NCBI RefSeq assembly: GCF_902459465.1
Contig: NC_047072.1
Location: forward strand, 16,988,001 to 17,052,000
DNA from: Asterias rubens
Lineage: Eukaryota
Reading direction: 5' to 3'
DNA: 64,000 nt
Both the position numbers and the translations under genes were made by a program. Below the pieces are notes generated by a model. That model had not been told where the DNA came from, did not search any database, and saw only the letters and a list, made by a program, of their open reading frames with translations. Below, piece after piece: positions 48,131-60,569 of the stretch (its first letter is position 1; each line of letters starts with the position of its first letter).

Positions 48131-49714
48131 GTGCATATTTTTTTGTAAGCAGGGATTCATAAAAAAAGGCTCATACAAAAAGTGGGTTTTCGACTATCGG
48201 TTTGGGGAAAAGTAAAAAAATCACCTGTTACAAAAAATAAAAATTCCCATAGAGAAAAATGATAAGATATCATGTTGTCGCAGATTATTGTTTTTCGAGA
48301 CAACAAGTAAACAGGTTGTACAACAAAGTCATACATTGGGACGAGAAAAAAAAAATTTCAGATAGAAATGAAAGTAGGCCTACCACAGCCATCTGTTTAC
48401 GTGCGAAAAGTTACAGAGAGGTTAGTTTGAGGGTAAACATTTGGACCCAATCATGAGGCAAGTGTAGGGAAAACTGAAACATGAGCTAAAATATTTGACG
48501 TGAAGGTGTTTTGTTAAAGTTTTTATTTTGAAGAGCAAAACCACACTAATGTGCCCCCTTTTTCATCAGACTGAGTTTGCAAGTATAGGGTGAGTTGATG
48601 TTTTCTTCCAAATGGATGACACTGTTTGTGCCTGCAGGAAGTCCATGATCAAAAGGAGGCGCGGCGTCATCATTCTGAGTGAGGGACTCTGGTTTTGATC
48701 CAGTGTTGAAACATTATTTTGATACATCATATCTTGTCCAGTAATTCGTGTTGCGATAATGGAAGACTTTGTATGGCAGCATATACTTCAGGTATAACTT
48801 CATTGTTTACATAATTCTGTGGTAAATACTTGACTACCGTTTTTATTTTATTTTTTACATACATTGAAACATCTTGAGTTTGGGCTTTTTGTTGCATCTT
48901 CTGTAAGAGCGTCTTAACCTTTAGGGAATAGGCACTTGATATAAATGCTGATATAATGTAAGTCTGCTGCCACCTAGCGTTGGCGACTATACTTTGCCCC
49001 TAAAAATGAACGTTCGAGACTAACAAAATGAGTGCGTGGAATAAATTCCACCTGTTGGTTACAAACAACATGAGCGATTATCAACGTCATCAGTTCAAAA
49101 TGAACAACACATGATTGGGAAGAACAAAGTCTACTAAAAGACAATACAATAATTATTAAAAGTGTTGTCTGGGGATGGGGGTCCCAATCTAAACCAGATT
49201 AATTGAGTCTTATCAGTATAACCTGAAGTATATAAGAATGTTGAAAACAGTCATTTTTAGCCCATCTCAACAAAGATACAAGAGGTAAGTTTTGTCTTTA
49301 GAAGTTAAAAATGGTATGTTAAAGGCAGGGTTTACTTTTGAATTGTCAAAGTATCCTCACTGATGTAGTGTATCCCAAAATGCCTAAAAAATAACAGTCA
49401 AGTTAATGATAAAGTTGCAGTTGGTTTTTAATGAATACAAGAAAAAGTTCAATAATGCCTGAGAAAGGTTTTATTTTATGCCTTCAACTTTTCTAAGAAT
49501 AATGTTTTTGGTGAGAAATAATTATCACTTTCTCACTTCTAAGTGTGCCGTCTCTAACAATGTTTTGTAACATCTCAATACCTCGATCTAGTGCTCTTAA
49601 TCAAAACATTGTGTCGTAAAAGAAAATTATGTGATGTTCTGAAACAAATTTAAAGTTGATTTTAATACAACTAAAGTGTTTTATTTGAAAGCCTCCCAAC
49701 TCCGACCGACCACC

Positions 49715-52700
49715 ATGAAGCTCCTCATTCTGTGCCTGTTTTTGGCCGTAGCTTACGGCGGACTAGCCCCACTCCATCTCGCCAAGACGCGGGGCGTTCC
49801 CAATAGATATATCGTAAAGATAAAGGTAAACCCATTATTTGAGAATATTCTTATAAAATGCATATTACATGTATTATGACATAGAGGCTTGAGCATCGGC
49901 TCTGAAAAGAGCAAGTTTGGTATCGACTCGAATAGTATATTCACTGCTCGTATTCTTAATATGGAAGCTAGCTAGCTTTGGCCAATGTGGCTTGGACAAC
50001 ATTGAATGCGTGTCAATTAAATTAAATGAATGTTTGCTGAAATTGGCCGGGAAAACCTACAATATGCATCCAGTGTATAGTTTCAATTCAGAGAAGCTTT
50101 TAAAACTTTCAGTTTGTTTTCAGGATGCATCGTTGCTGGATCAAGTAGAGAGTGAAATATTGAGCAAATTCAATACAATGCGAACGCCGGCTCCGAAAAT
50201 GACGAAGATTCGAGAATTGCTACCTCTTCTTACATTGCGTATTCCTCCACACCTTGTGAATTATGTAAGTTTAAGAGTAAACCTTTTATGTCTTGCTTTA
50301 ATGACGATTATTATTAAAACCCTTCAAAATCTATGCATATATACGCTTACACAATCGTTCTGTTTCGAACAGCACGTCTTAGATCATGTACTTCGGGAGA
50401 GGGGGGGGGGTGAGGGTGAACAGAGTCCTTTTCAAAATGGTCTGAACCATCCGCTACCCGAAACCGTAGGAGTGGCCAATAGTTTCTGCGACTTTCGTCG
50501 ATTTGTGTAGTCAAAGAATCAACCCAGGACAGTTTGAAGGTTTCCATGCTACTTTGACGACATGTCTCCATAATAATATGGAACATGGAATAATTGTCGA
50601 GCTGTATAAAATGAACTGTGTTTTACATGTGACATATTTGGTATAGGTACGTTCCATTGATGGTGTGGAGTACATTGAGCAAGACGGCGTCGGTGAACTC
50701 CTGACGAAATATTGGGCCCCATCTTGGGGGATCGACCGGATTGATCAACGCTCCGGAACAGACGGAACCTTCACGATCAATATAAATAGTAAGTCAGGAC
50801 ATTGCCGCTAACACTGGAGGTGTTCAAATCTAAATTGGAAACCAGTCACCTCGCCCCCGCAAGGTCACCCACTGCAAAGTCGCCCCAGCAAAGCCGCCCA
50901 CTACAAAGTCGCGCCCTCACTTACAAAGTTGCCCCTGTTTCAAAGTCGCCCCTCACAAAGTCGCCCCCTTACAGAGTCGCCCACAACTAAGTCCCCTCCC
51001 CCCTCCCCTCGACAGTTGCCCCCCCCCCCCTATAACAAAGTCATCCATTATTATGGATAGCCAAGAAGAGGGAATCAAAGTAAACATCATGGTGGTAAAA
51101 TAGCAACAGTGTAAACGCGTTGGCATAAAAGCAAGTGTTGTTTTAAAAACTTAATATAAATGTTATTGTTGGTATCTATATGAGATGTGAGTCTTGACAG
51201 CATGTCTATCAAGTAGGTTAGCAGTTTTTTGCAGTGCATATTTTAGGCCCTCTTGTGTTTGTTTTGTTTATCTAAACAAAGCCTGAAGAAACAAAACAAA
51301 CACCCTTGAGTTTCTAGAAAGAAGTTACCCAACATTATTTATTTTTGAATAAAATACTTCAAGTTGCATTTACAGTTTTTGGTCGATGTTGTTGTTGTTG
51401 TTTATGTTGTTGTAACGTTGTTGTTGTTGTTGTCACACTCCAGATCCAGGCAAGGGGGTGAAAATCTATGCAGTTGGCACCGGTCTCCAGATAACCCACT
51501 CCGTATTCACTCATCGGGCCAGGCTACTGTACGGAAAGAGCGATGCCTCCGGTCACGGAACCCACTGTGCAGGCATTGCTGGTGGGGCGACTTACGGCGT
51601 AGCTCGAGACGCTCTGCTGAGAAGTGTACGGATTTGCGACTCGGTTGGACAATGTTACATTTCAAGACTCTTTGAAGGTATTATCTTAACGGGGTTGAAT
51701 ACTTTTTTTCAGCACAGAAAAAACACTATCCCAAAAATTTACGTTAAACTTACACGGTTTGAAGATAATAATAGTAGAGAGCTTTCCCAAGATATGGCCG
51801 AGGTGTTTTCCTTTACTTGAAAATGTCAAGTGGTTACTACTTTCCCGTATAAATGAAAGGAAGTTAAGCTTTTACTGGAAAGTTTTTACTAATACTAAAT
51901 GTATCTACTTTTAGATGCTAGCACGTTCTTTAACTTCCATATGAATAAAACGAAGAAAGTACCACCAAATGCAAGTAAGTAATACTGGTTATATTGCAAA
52001 GTAACCCCAGACATGTGTTGACATTCTTAAACACTGTTTTTTACACACTGTTCCTTTCTTCACTTAATTGCTGTCTGTCAGGTTTGGACGCTGTGAGCAA
52101 AGACGGTTCGCTGGTAACCAACAAGGGAGTTGTAATGATACCACTAGCCTTCGGCTCGTCATCGTCCATCAACACCATTGTACAAAAGTTATGGGATGAA
52201 GGTTTCGTAGTTACCACCGCAGCTGGTAATGCATTCTCAAGTGCTTGTGATACATCACCACAATCTCTTTCAGATGTAAGTATTATTATAGACTGGTCCC
52301 CTGTTCTTACTTGGTACACCACACGGTATTCAGCACTCCATTGCCTTCCGCGTTATTATGTGTCCCTGGTTCCCCTCTACGCTTTACTCAGTGACTATAT
52401 AGGGTGCGTTCGTTTAGCTTCCCTGGGTCGACCCCGGTCTGTCCCGCGGTGCGTTCGAATAGCTTTGACGTCATTCCATGGGCTCACCCCGGTCTGCCCC
52501 TATAGTGCCCTGCTTGTGGAGTGGGTCACTTGGGGGCTGCCCCCAGGTAAACGACGTCACTACGAGAGCGGTGAGTGGTCGTTCGTTAAGCTCTTGTCAG
52601 GGGCTCACCCGAGTGAGCACCGCGGGGTCGACCCAGGGAAGCTAAACGAACACACCCAGTATGCGTCCCTGGTTCCCCTCTGCGCTTTCAGTGACATTAT

Positions 52701-53766
52701 AGGTGCGTTCGATTAGCTTCCACGGGTGAGTCCCTGACAAGAGCTAAACGAACGATCACTCTCGTCCACCGCTCTCGTAGTGACGTCATGCACCTCAGGC
52801 CAGCCCCCCTTGTGATCCACTCCACAAGCAGGACACAGGGGGCTGACCCGGGTTGAGCCCCTGGAATTACGTCAAAGCTATTCGAACGTACCGGGGGCAG
52901 ATCGGGGTCGACCCGGGGAAGCTAATCGAACGCACCAATAGGTAGTTAACCATTGCGCACACTCAAACTTGCTCCTTGAGGTGCAAACAAACTGCAAGAA
53001 CTTATGTATTGAAATTGACGATATTGGTGTTGACACAATGAGAGACAAATCAAAATTAATATCATTACTAAAATTCATATTTTTGTTCAAGATAATTACA
53101 GTTGCCGGGACGGATAAAGACGACAGACGTTTAAGTTATTCAAGCTACGGTTCGTGTGTTGACATCTTTGCTCCTTGCAAGGATATTCTAAGTGCTACAT
53201 TTAGTTCTTCAAGCAACAGTGCTACAGCGACTGCGTCTGGGACGTCTTTTGCGTGCGCACACATGGCAGGTAGGTTTAAAAGCACTGGCCACTAAAAAAA
53301 CAACTCAAAATAATTATTAGCATACGAACTTTGGTAACGAGCAATGGATAACTGTTGATAGTATAAAAAACATTATGAGAAACAGTTCCCTCTAAAATAG
53401 TGTACTGATGAGACCAACGTTTTGATTGTATCCATATTATTTGTATCCCTTTTTTGCAGGAGCTGCTGCTATGTATTTGGGTGAAAATACAGGATCTTCG
53501 CCTTCTGATGTGAAGAATGCCTTTTTAGATAATGCCACTAAAGACGTTGTCTTAGACCCGCACGGTAGCCCCAACAAACTTCTTTATGTCAACGTAAGTT
53601 TTGTGAAAAATCAACAACTTTGTAAGCATTTTCTTAAGTTTGTTCCTATGTTAAGATTTATAAACACAAAAATGCTAAATTATTTTCCATTATTGTGTAA
53701 ACAAAATAATCAACACACTTTTACTTGATTTATTGATGTTTGTTTGTATTACAGTTTATTAATTAA
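49715..53766 (+). CDS. Proteinase K/aqualysin-type subtilase (S8A) with signal peptide and I9 prodomain; catalytic Asp replaced by Gly
   Basis: Exons 49715-49825, 50124-50264, 50647-50788, 51444-51677, 52082-52275, 53092-53269, 53460-53593 and probably 53755-53766 (1146 nt, about 381 aa). Motifs MKLLILCLFLAVAYG, RYIVKIK, VEYIEQDG, WGIDRIDQR, GHGTHCAG, AAGN, YGSCVDIFAP, SGTSFACAHMAG, GSPNKLLY. The last mini-exon is less certain. Confidence 0.93.
50850..51000. repeat. Degenerate CAAAGTCGCCCC minisatellite in subtilase intron 3
   Basis: About 8 imperfect copies with variable spacing. Confidence 0.7.
51386..51432. repeat. (GTT)n microsatellite at the subtilase exon 4 acceptor
   Basis: Interrupted GTT run ending about 10 nt before the AG at 51442-51443. 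Confidence 0.85.
52403..52935. mobile_element. Two oppositely oriented GGTGCGTTCG-terminal MITEs in subtilase intron 5
   Basis: Copy A about 52403-52658 and copy B about 52703-52935 are diverged reverse complements. Each is preceded by a related segment of about 43 bp ending in TATA. Confidence 0.8.
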
Positions 53767-54969
53767 TGCGTCATAGTGGAGTACAAGTCAACCTTAAGCA
53801 CCCCTCGTCAGAAGTGGAATAATCTGAAATCAACCCCGGATAATGACGTCATTGGATACGCTCATAAGAAAATCACTGACATATAAAAGTTACCTTTTTC
53901 TCTATGAGACTAGAATGACTTAAACTGAGAAAATACAAAATGGTGAAAAATTACTGCAAAAGCAATTGATAAAACGGACGAGGGGAGAGATGAAGGGGGG
54001 AGGGCTGGTAGGGGGAGGGTGAGGGGACTGGGTCAAACTATGAACAAACGTAATCTACATGAATCAAATACAAGTTCTGTGTTCAGCACTATAGTTGAAC
54101 ATTATATTGCAGTATTACAACACTATTGAAGTATTAATAAAGAAAAGAGAGAAACTGTGGTGTTGCTTTTCGGAGGCGTCACTCATTGAGTGTAGAGTAC
54201 GATAGTGTAACAACTCATATAGTTGGATGATTGTTGTATTCCGCCCTTCGCGGATATTAATGGTGTGGGTTACAAGACTGGAAGATATACCACGCGGCAA
54301 AAAAAATGAATGTCCACACAGTGACAGGTTGACACAGTTTCATCAACTGAAAAGACTCATGTCTTCGGTCATATTTGTGCTGGATTCTGCAGTGATTACG
54401 GACCGGGGGAAATACCTGAATTCGTCAACGATGCCGAAGCCGTAGCAAACGCTTCTAGATTCGGACATCTTCAGTTAGTGTTCATTAGTGATAGCTCCCT
54501 CATCGGACGGAGTGGTTCAATCAGCAAGTAACGTCTTGTATCAAGTCTGGATATTATTATTACGTCTACTGCTCGGTAACTTACGGGTCACTATTTCATT
54601 TGAAAACAATCGTAAAGGTATAGAAACTAGGTGAATAATTTAGTTCCGATGTAGCCTGAACATCTGACGTCACACTTCGAAGCTCGTGAGTTGCGCCCGA
54701 GTGGCATCAAGCCTAGGTCAACCATCGTCCATCTTCACCTTTCACCTACATGTATATGCAGACGACCCGCAAGTGCAGCTGCCAAACGTCGCCTCGGACC
54801 AATCAAAACACAGGTATAGAAAGCTTACGTCACTGCGCGTTTATCCAATGAAATAATAAGTATCCAATGAAGTCGCTGGTTCTGAAAAGCAAGTAGGGCC
54901 TACCTGTCTTTTTCCTTGATAATAAAGACAGGGTATACCAGTCTAGTTCCGATTATACTTCTAGGTAGG

Positions 54970-57900
54970 TTATAGCTCACACACTACGGTGTCATATTGC
55001 ACTTGGTTGGTTGTAACTTGAATGTTTGAGTGTCTTTCTTGTCGACGTTTCGTGAGTGCTATCACAAAGGTCAGCAGGAACGCAACGAGGAACATAGCAC
55101 CCCCTGCCAGGAATGGCACCACATAGTTTCCCGTAGCATCGTAAATTCTCCCTGTGAAATATTGAAAATGAAAATGGTTTTGTTAGCGTTGATGTGATGA
55201 TGCTCAAAATCCACGGTTTGGCACTAGCTTTGGGTTTGGCACTTGCTTTGGGTTTGGCACTAGCTTTGGGTTTGGCACTAGCTTTGGGTTTGGGTTAGCA
55301 AAGGCAGTGGACACTATTGGTAATTGTCAAAGACTAGCCTTCACAGTTGGTGTATCTCAACATATGCATAAAATAACAAACCTGTGAAAATTTGAGCTTA
55401 CTCGGTCATCGAACTTGCGATATAACAATGAAAGAAAAAAACACCCTTGTCACACGAAGTTGTGTGTGTTTACATGGTTGATTTCGAGACCTCAAGTTCT
55501 AAATCTGAGGTCTCGAAATCAAATTCGTGGAAAATTACGTCTTTCTCTAAAACTATGGCACTTCAGAGGGAGCTGTTTCTCACAATGTTTTATACCATCA
55601 ACCTCTTCCCCATTACTCGCCACCAAGTAAGGTTTTATGCCAATAATTATTTTGAGTAATTACCAATAGTGTCCACTGCCTTTAAAATGTTTCACGAGAT
55701 TTTGCCTAACATTCAGTGCCAAGGACAGCCATTATGGTGAGGGGTATTGGGGCCTACACTTTGGGATCATGAGACAATGTTCGATGTGGTGTCAAAAGTG
55801 TATATTGCCTGAAGTTGGCTGCCTCCTGCTCCACCTGGGCACAATTTCATAGCGCTGTTAAGTATAAAAGTTTGCTTAGCATGAAATTTCTTCCTTGATA
55901 AAAACAGGATTACCAACCAAATTTTCATTTGTTGCATATTGCTTGTTGCTGGTATTTAGCTGTTTTTTGTTTATCCTGAAAATCACGTGGAAATTTTGAT
56001 GGTAATCTTGTTTTTATCAAGGAAGAAATGTCATGCTAAGCAAATTTTTGTGCTTAGCAGCTCTATAATTGGGCCCTTGGATTCAGAGAGCTAGTTGACC
56101 ACACATGGTGGGGCAGCTATAGTTGCCTCCAAATTGCCAGTACAAGTTGCCTCGAGTGACAAGGCCTTTTAAACTTACTGGATTCAGTGAACCATAAAGA
56201 CGCTTAGATAAACGATCAAAATCATCTCCTAAAGCCATTGGACCCTTTCGGTAAACAGTATTGTCCAAGGCCCACACTTTGTGTACCACAACCTCTATAT
56301 CAAATAACAAACCCTGTGAAAATTTTGTCTCAATCGGTCATCGGAGTCGGGAGAAAATAACGGGAAAATCCACTCTTGTTTCCGCGCGTTCCGCACTTAT
56401 CTTATGTCACAGGTTTTCTGACTAATTTTGTTGTGTCTGATTTTCTTTGTGTTGTGTTTTGTTTTGTTTTTGTTTTGTTTTTGGTTTTACTGCGCCTTGA
56501 ACACCCAGCAGGGTGGATATGTGCGCATTACAAGGTTTGTTATTATTATTTATTATTATTATGTCATGACGTGTGTTTAGAATAAATCCGTAATTCTCGC
56601 TATCGAGAATTGATATTGTTTTAATGTTTTCTCAATAAGTAAAGAATTTCATGGAACAATATTTCAAGAGAAGTCTTTCACCATTACCTTCTGTAAACCC
56701 TGTAAATTATTTGTAACTCTGTGAACTTTTTTCTTTCTTTCTGTACCGAAAGTGTATAATGGCTTTAAGAATAATATTTCAAGAGAAGTCTTTCACCAGT
56801 GCCTTCTGTAAACCCTGTAAGTTATTTGTAAATCTGTGATTATTTTTTTTCTGAACCGAAAGGGTCCAATGGCTTTAAAAAGATTGAGAGAACATTATAT
56901 TTACCTGCAACTACTGATCCGATCCCGTTGAATATAAACGCCGTCGCCCAGATCAGACTCAGTGCAACCGGCACATGTGAAGGATCCACCAATTTCCTCA
57001 TATTAGTAACAAAGAGAGGACTAGCAACCCCAGTAAACGCTCCGTACACCACCACGTATCCGACCAAGAATACATAACTATCAGAGACCGGGTTCAATGC
57101 AGTTGTAACTGCACTCCCGAGTAGAGTAACGAGATGAAGTTTGTAGCAACTTATGTAGTCCCTGTCGACGAACCAACCGTGTCCTAGCCTAGTCACCATG
57201 GAAACGATAGCATAAACAAAGAGGAGCATGCTGCTATGGTAGTCAGACCATCCCGCATCCTTGGCGCGTGCTGGTAGATGAGAGAGGTTGATAAATAAAC
57301 CAATTGAATATGCGCAGCATGCTAGTAATAACAATACAGCATGGATGTTTGTGAAGACGCATAAGAATCTCAGTGATGGTGGTAGGATGCTGTCTTCTCC
57401 ACCAGACGTCTTAACATCACTGTTTGCTTTGTTGGTTTTCATCTTCATCGCCCTAGTCTTGAGAGGACGAAAGAGGGCGCAAGCAGCGACGCCATTTAAC
57501 TGCAGTGCCCCTGTGACGAACATAGCACTCCTCCAACCGTAGTTGTCAATCAGGATGCGAAACAGGGGTGGAAAGACCATCTGTCCATTACTAATTCCCA
57601 AGAAAGCTATGCCATTTGCGAGTGCATATCTTTTGTTGAAGTACTGAGCAAGTATAACAGATCCAGGAGTCAACATCATAACGACACCAAAACCTAGAAA
57701 CCGGGAAGAATATTATTCAAACAATTAGCTGTTAGGTGAGGTTTGCGGTACGACCATGTGTTAAAGCCATTTGACCCTTTCGGTAAACAGTATTGTCCAA
57801 GGCCCACACTTCGTGTATTACAACTTATATATAAAATAACAAACCTGTGAAAATTTGGGCTTAATCGGTCATCGGAGTCGGGAGAAAATAACAGGAAAAC

Positions 57901-60430
57901 CCACCCTTGTATCCGCACGTTTCGCCGTTTCATGACATGTGTTTAAAACAAATCCGTAATTCTCGTTAACGAGAATTGATATTGTTTTACTGTTTTCTCA
58001 AAAAGTAAAACATTTCATGGAATAATATTTCAAGAGAAGTATTTCACCAGTACCTTCTGTAAACCCTGTAAGTTATGTGTAAATTAAAGGGTCCAATGGC
58101 TTTAACCTAATTTTTGTGGGTAGTGTCGGCTCTAAAAGAACCGGTGGTTAACTCTTTCTTGATTGGGTAATAGTATAATAGTGATTTGGTTCGCTTCTCT
58201 AAAAGGTGTCATTGGCTTCACAACCAAATGATATGAAATGAAACCCTTTGAAAAGAGGGACCATTTAATACGACTTACTAGTCTTGATTTTATGTTAAAT
58301 CTACCCTGGCCCTAATAGAGCATTTATCATGAATCAACTTACCAGACAAGGCGTTACACATGTACAACTGCCACATGTCTTTAGTAAGCGAGCCGAGTAT
58401 AGTTGCGGACCCGTTGATTAAAGCTCCAGTCACGGCGACTCGTCTGATGCCAATACGAGACGCAATAACACCAATGAAAACACCTGCCAAAAATGTTGAA
58501 CAAAAATGAATTTCGAAACAGAAACTGGTCCGTCCTTTATAAATTTTACTTGGGAAAGATGAGGCCACCCATACTTCGGCTAAACAAAAAAACAATCCGA
58601 CAGAATTTCATCCCAATGAACTACAAGCAGCTAACACAAGGAAGGAATTGATGTATCACTTCAAAATCTAACTGATTGTTGTGTTTCTTAAAAACCATCC
58701 GATCGCAAACTTTGCAGCCAGCAGACCGAAAACAAAACTTGGTACTCGTTCATTTTCCGCAAAAGCAGGTGAAACCCTTTAAATTCGATTAATTGAAATG
58801 ACCTATGACCCTTAATAGGCAGTTTGACTCATGGACTCTGAATCTCCACTTTAGAAAACACTTCAGCCCCCAAAAATACTGCAGCCGTTTACAGTGTAAT
58901 GCAATTAAATTAAAATAGAATAAAATACACACATAATAGTATTTATTTATTTATTTTATTTTATTTTTTTATATTTTTTGTTGGGGGGGGGGTCAAACTG
59001 TCTCTTTAACATCTGAAAAAGTTATTAGCTTTGCAACAAAACATGAAATCAACATTACACACGTTTCCCGACGGTCTCTACTGGCTGCAGTAACCAAGGT
59101 ATTCGTGTAAATCTGACAGGGGCGGGGCATCGCAGGGTAAAACGAGGGTTGTTCGGGTATCAACTGTACCAAAGGCGCCGAATATAATTGACACAAACAA
59201 TAATACATGTATGTTTATAGAACAACACAAAATGCAGGAAAAATTAGGTGCATTTTTTCTTATTTCAATGTTTTTCGTATCACATACATAGACATCCAGA
59301 TCTGATTTGTTATCATCATGCAAACAAAACTTTGTTAAGCTGCTATCAGACGTTAATACAAGGTCTTTAAGTTATTTATAGCTGGCTTTCTGATACTGGT
59401 AGACTTGATCCACGTCCCGTTCTCACGCGAGAGGTTCCTAATCATCCGCCGTCACAATGCAGCTATTGTGATGGTCCCGCGACACAGCCCAGGTTGGGGG
59501 ATTAAATAAAAGGACTTGAGTCAAGTCTAAATACCGGGACCGTCGCGATGGCCCGTGTGACCTACACGTCACTGGAATTGTTCGGTGGGTTTATTGTACA
59601 GGCTGAAAGAGAACCCCGTCATACAAGCTGCTAGTGTAGTGTGACAGCTCACTTATTGGCACAAAAGTCTCACACGGGCGGCTAGTCATTGCGACATTAT
59701 TGTTGAACATTTTATTTAGAATTTTGGAAAAGTTTCCGTATGGCGCCACCACTTTTTCATTCGAAATAAAAAAATATAGTATCTAATTTACCTGATTGAT
59801 ATATCCCTTTTTGTAAAAATGAGTGAACAAGTGGTGGCGCCATACGGAAAGTTATCCAGAATGGTATTAGTTAGGCCGTAAGTGTTTGATTACAACCATC
59901 AATGGGTGACACATAATAATGTAATTGGACTACACAACTAATGTTTTTAAACCCCTCTCTCGAGTAATACCCACGTTTCTCAGAATGCAATTCACCACAG
60001 GGCAGCTGCAGTACTTTTTATCAACAATTAGTGTTTATAATTATAATGGTCATTGACATTAATTGGATCGTAATGCAAAGAGCAACTTTGCCGATGAGGA
60101 AACCAACTGTACAATGTATGCTACAGGGCCGGCGAAGCACTTTGGTAGCACATGAATAATTTTTTTAACAATTATGTCTTTCGATCCCCAGTAACAATGT
60201 GTACAAATAATGTGAATGGCTTCTCTCCTGTACTTACAAAATGGACTTGCAACCATCCATGGCATACTGAGCATCCAACTTGTGGCTGTTGCAGTTGAAT
60301 CATAATATTCCTTCCACTCAATGTAGAAGATACCTAACGTTGTTAGATATCCATAACCGAGCATGTTACCAAAGTGGGTACCGATCAGGACCATCCATGC
60401 CCAGCCGTGATCCGGAGCTCTAACACCCAT
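54970..60430 (-). CDS. Monocarboxylate-transporter-like (SLC16 family) MFS transporter, 4 exons, 434 aa
   Basis: Exons 60430-60238, 58483-58343, 57693-56905, 55151-54970 (1305 nt, phases consistent). SLC16-type N-terminus PDHGWAWMV; YFNKRYALANGIA; YGWRSAMFV..LQLN..C.ALFRP; GRIYDATGNY. The specific paralogue cannot be assigned. Confidence 0.93.
55215..55286. repeat. 18-bp minisatellite x4
   Basis: GGTTTGGCACTAGCTTTG repeated directly before a MITE. Confidence 0.9.
55302..55681 (+). mobile_element. Kolobok-like MITE, SLC16-like gene intron 3
   Basis: Family TIRs, right-hand TTAA. Confidence 0.85.
55838..56075. mobile_element. Harbinger-like palindromic MITE
   Basis: GGGCACAATTTCATAG..TTTGCTTAGCATGAAATTTCTTCCTTGATAAAAACAGGATTACC mirrored by GGTAATCTTG..CATGCTAAGCAAA..AATTGGGCCC. 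Fragment at about 2030-2160. Confidence 0.7.
56233..56874 (+). mobile_element. Kolobok-like MITE, third subfamily (AGCCATTGGACCC termini), with a duplicated right end
   Basis: 56233-56764 plus a repeated terminal segment 56766-56874 ending GGGTCCAATGGCT-TTAA. Confidence 0.8.
57765..58101 (+). mobile_element. Kolobok-like MITE, third subfamily
   Basis: TTAA-AGCCATTTGACCCTTTCGG ... GGGTCCAATGGCT-TTAA; similar to 56233-56764 and to the partial copy at about 17510-17790. Confidence 0.8.
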
Positions 60431-60569
60431 GGTGTTGACGGCAAAAGCTGTGGTCTAGTCCGGTATATTTAGAACAACTTTGTCATGTCTCACCCACATA
60501 CAAGAGTCTTTGTTGGCGAACCTGTTTTTGTATTCGTCGCCGATAGAGGGCGCAACATGCACCAGAACA

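Noticed and set aside
48610-48700. MIKRRRGVII, resembling a short-chain dehydrogenase segment
   Set aside because: Too short, no consistent frame or splice sites, and no other SDR exons seen.
49917-50510. 197-aa ORF, and the 240-aa ORF at 51994-52716
   Set aside because: Each is a real subtilase exon read through into flanking intron or MITE sequence.
49715-53766. Bacterial/fungal contamination or recent HGT for the proteinase-K-like gene
   Set aside because: It has seven canonical spliceosomal introns containing the host's repeats, and animals have native S8A genes.
54227-54531. SVIFVLDSA (small-GTPase-like) and an open frame VFGHICAGFC..
   Set aside because: No P-loop or other supporting motif, and the two signals are in different frames; likely chance.
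7159-55659. Recurrent short ORFs such as [12 protein letters not shown].. and [13 protein letters not shown]..
   Set aside because: All fall inside copies of the non-coding MITE; the similarity reflects repeat homology, and frames and stops vary between copies.
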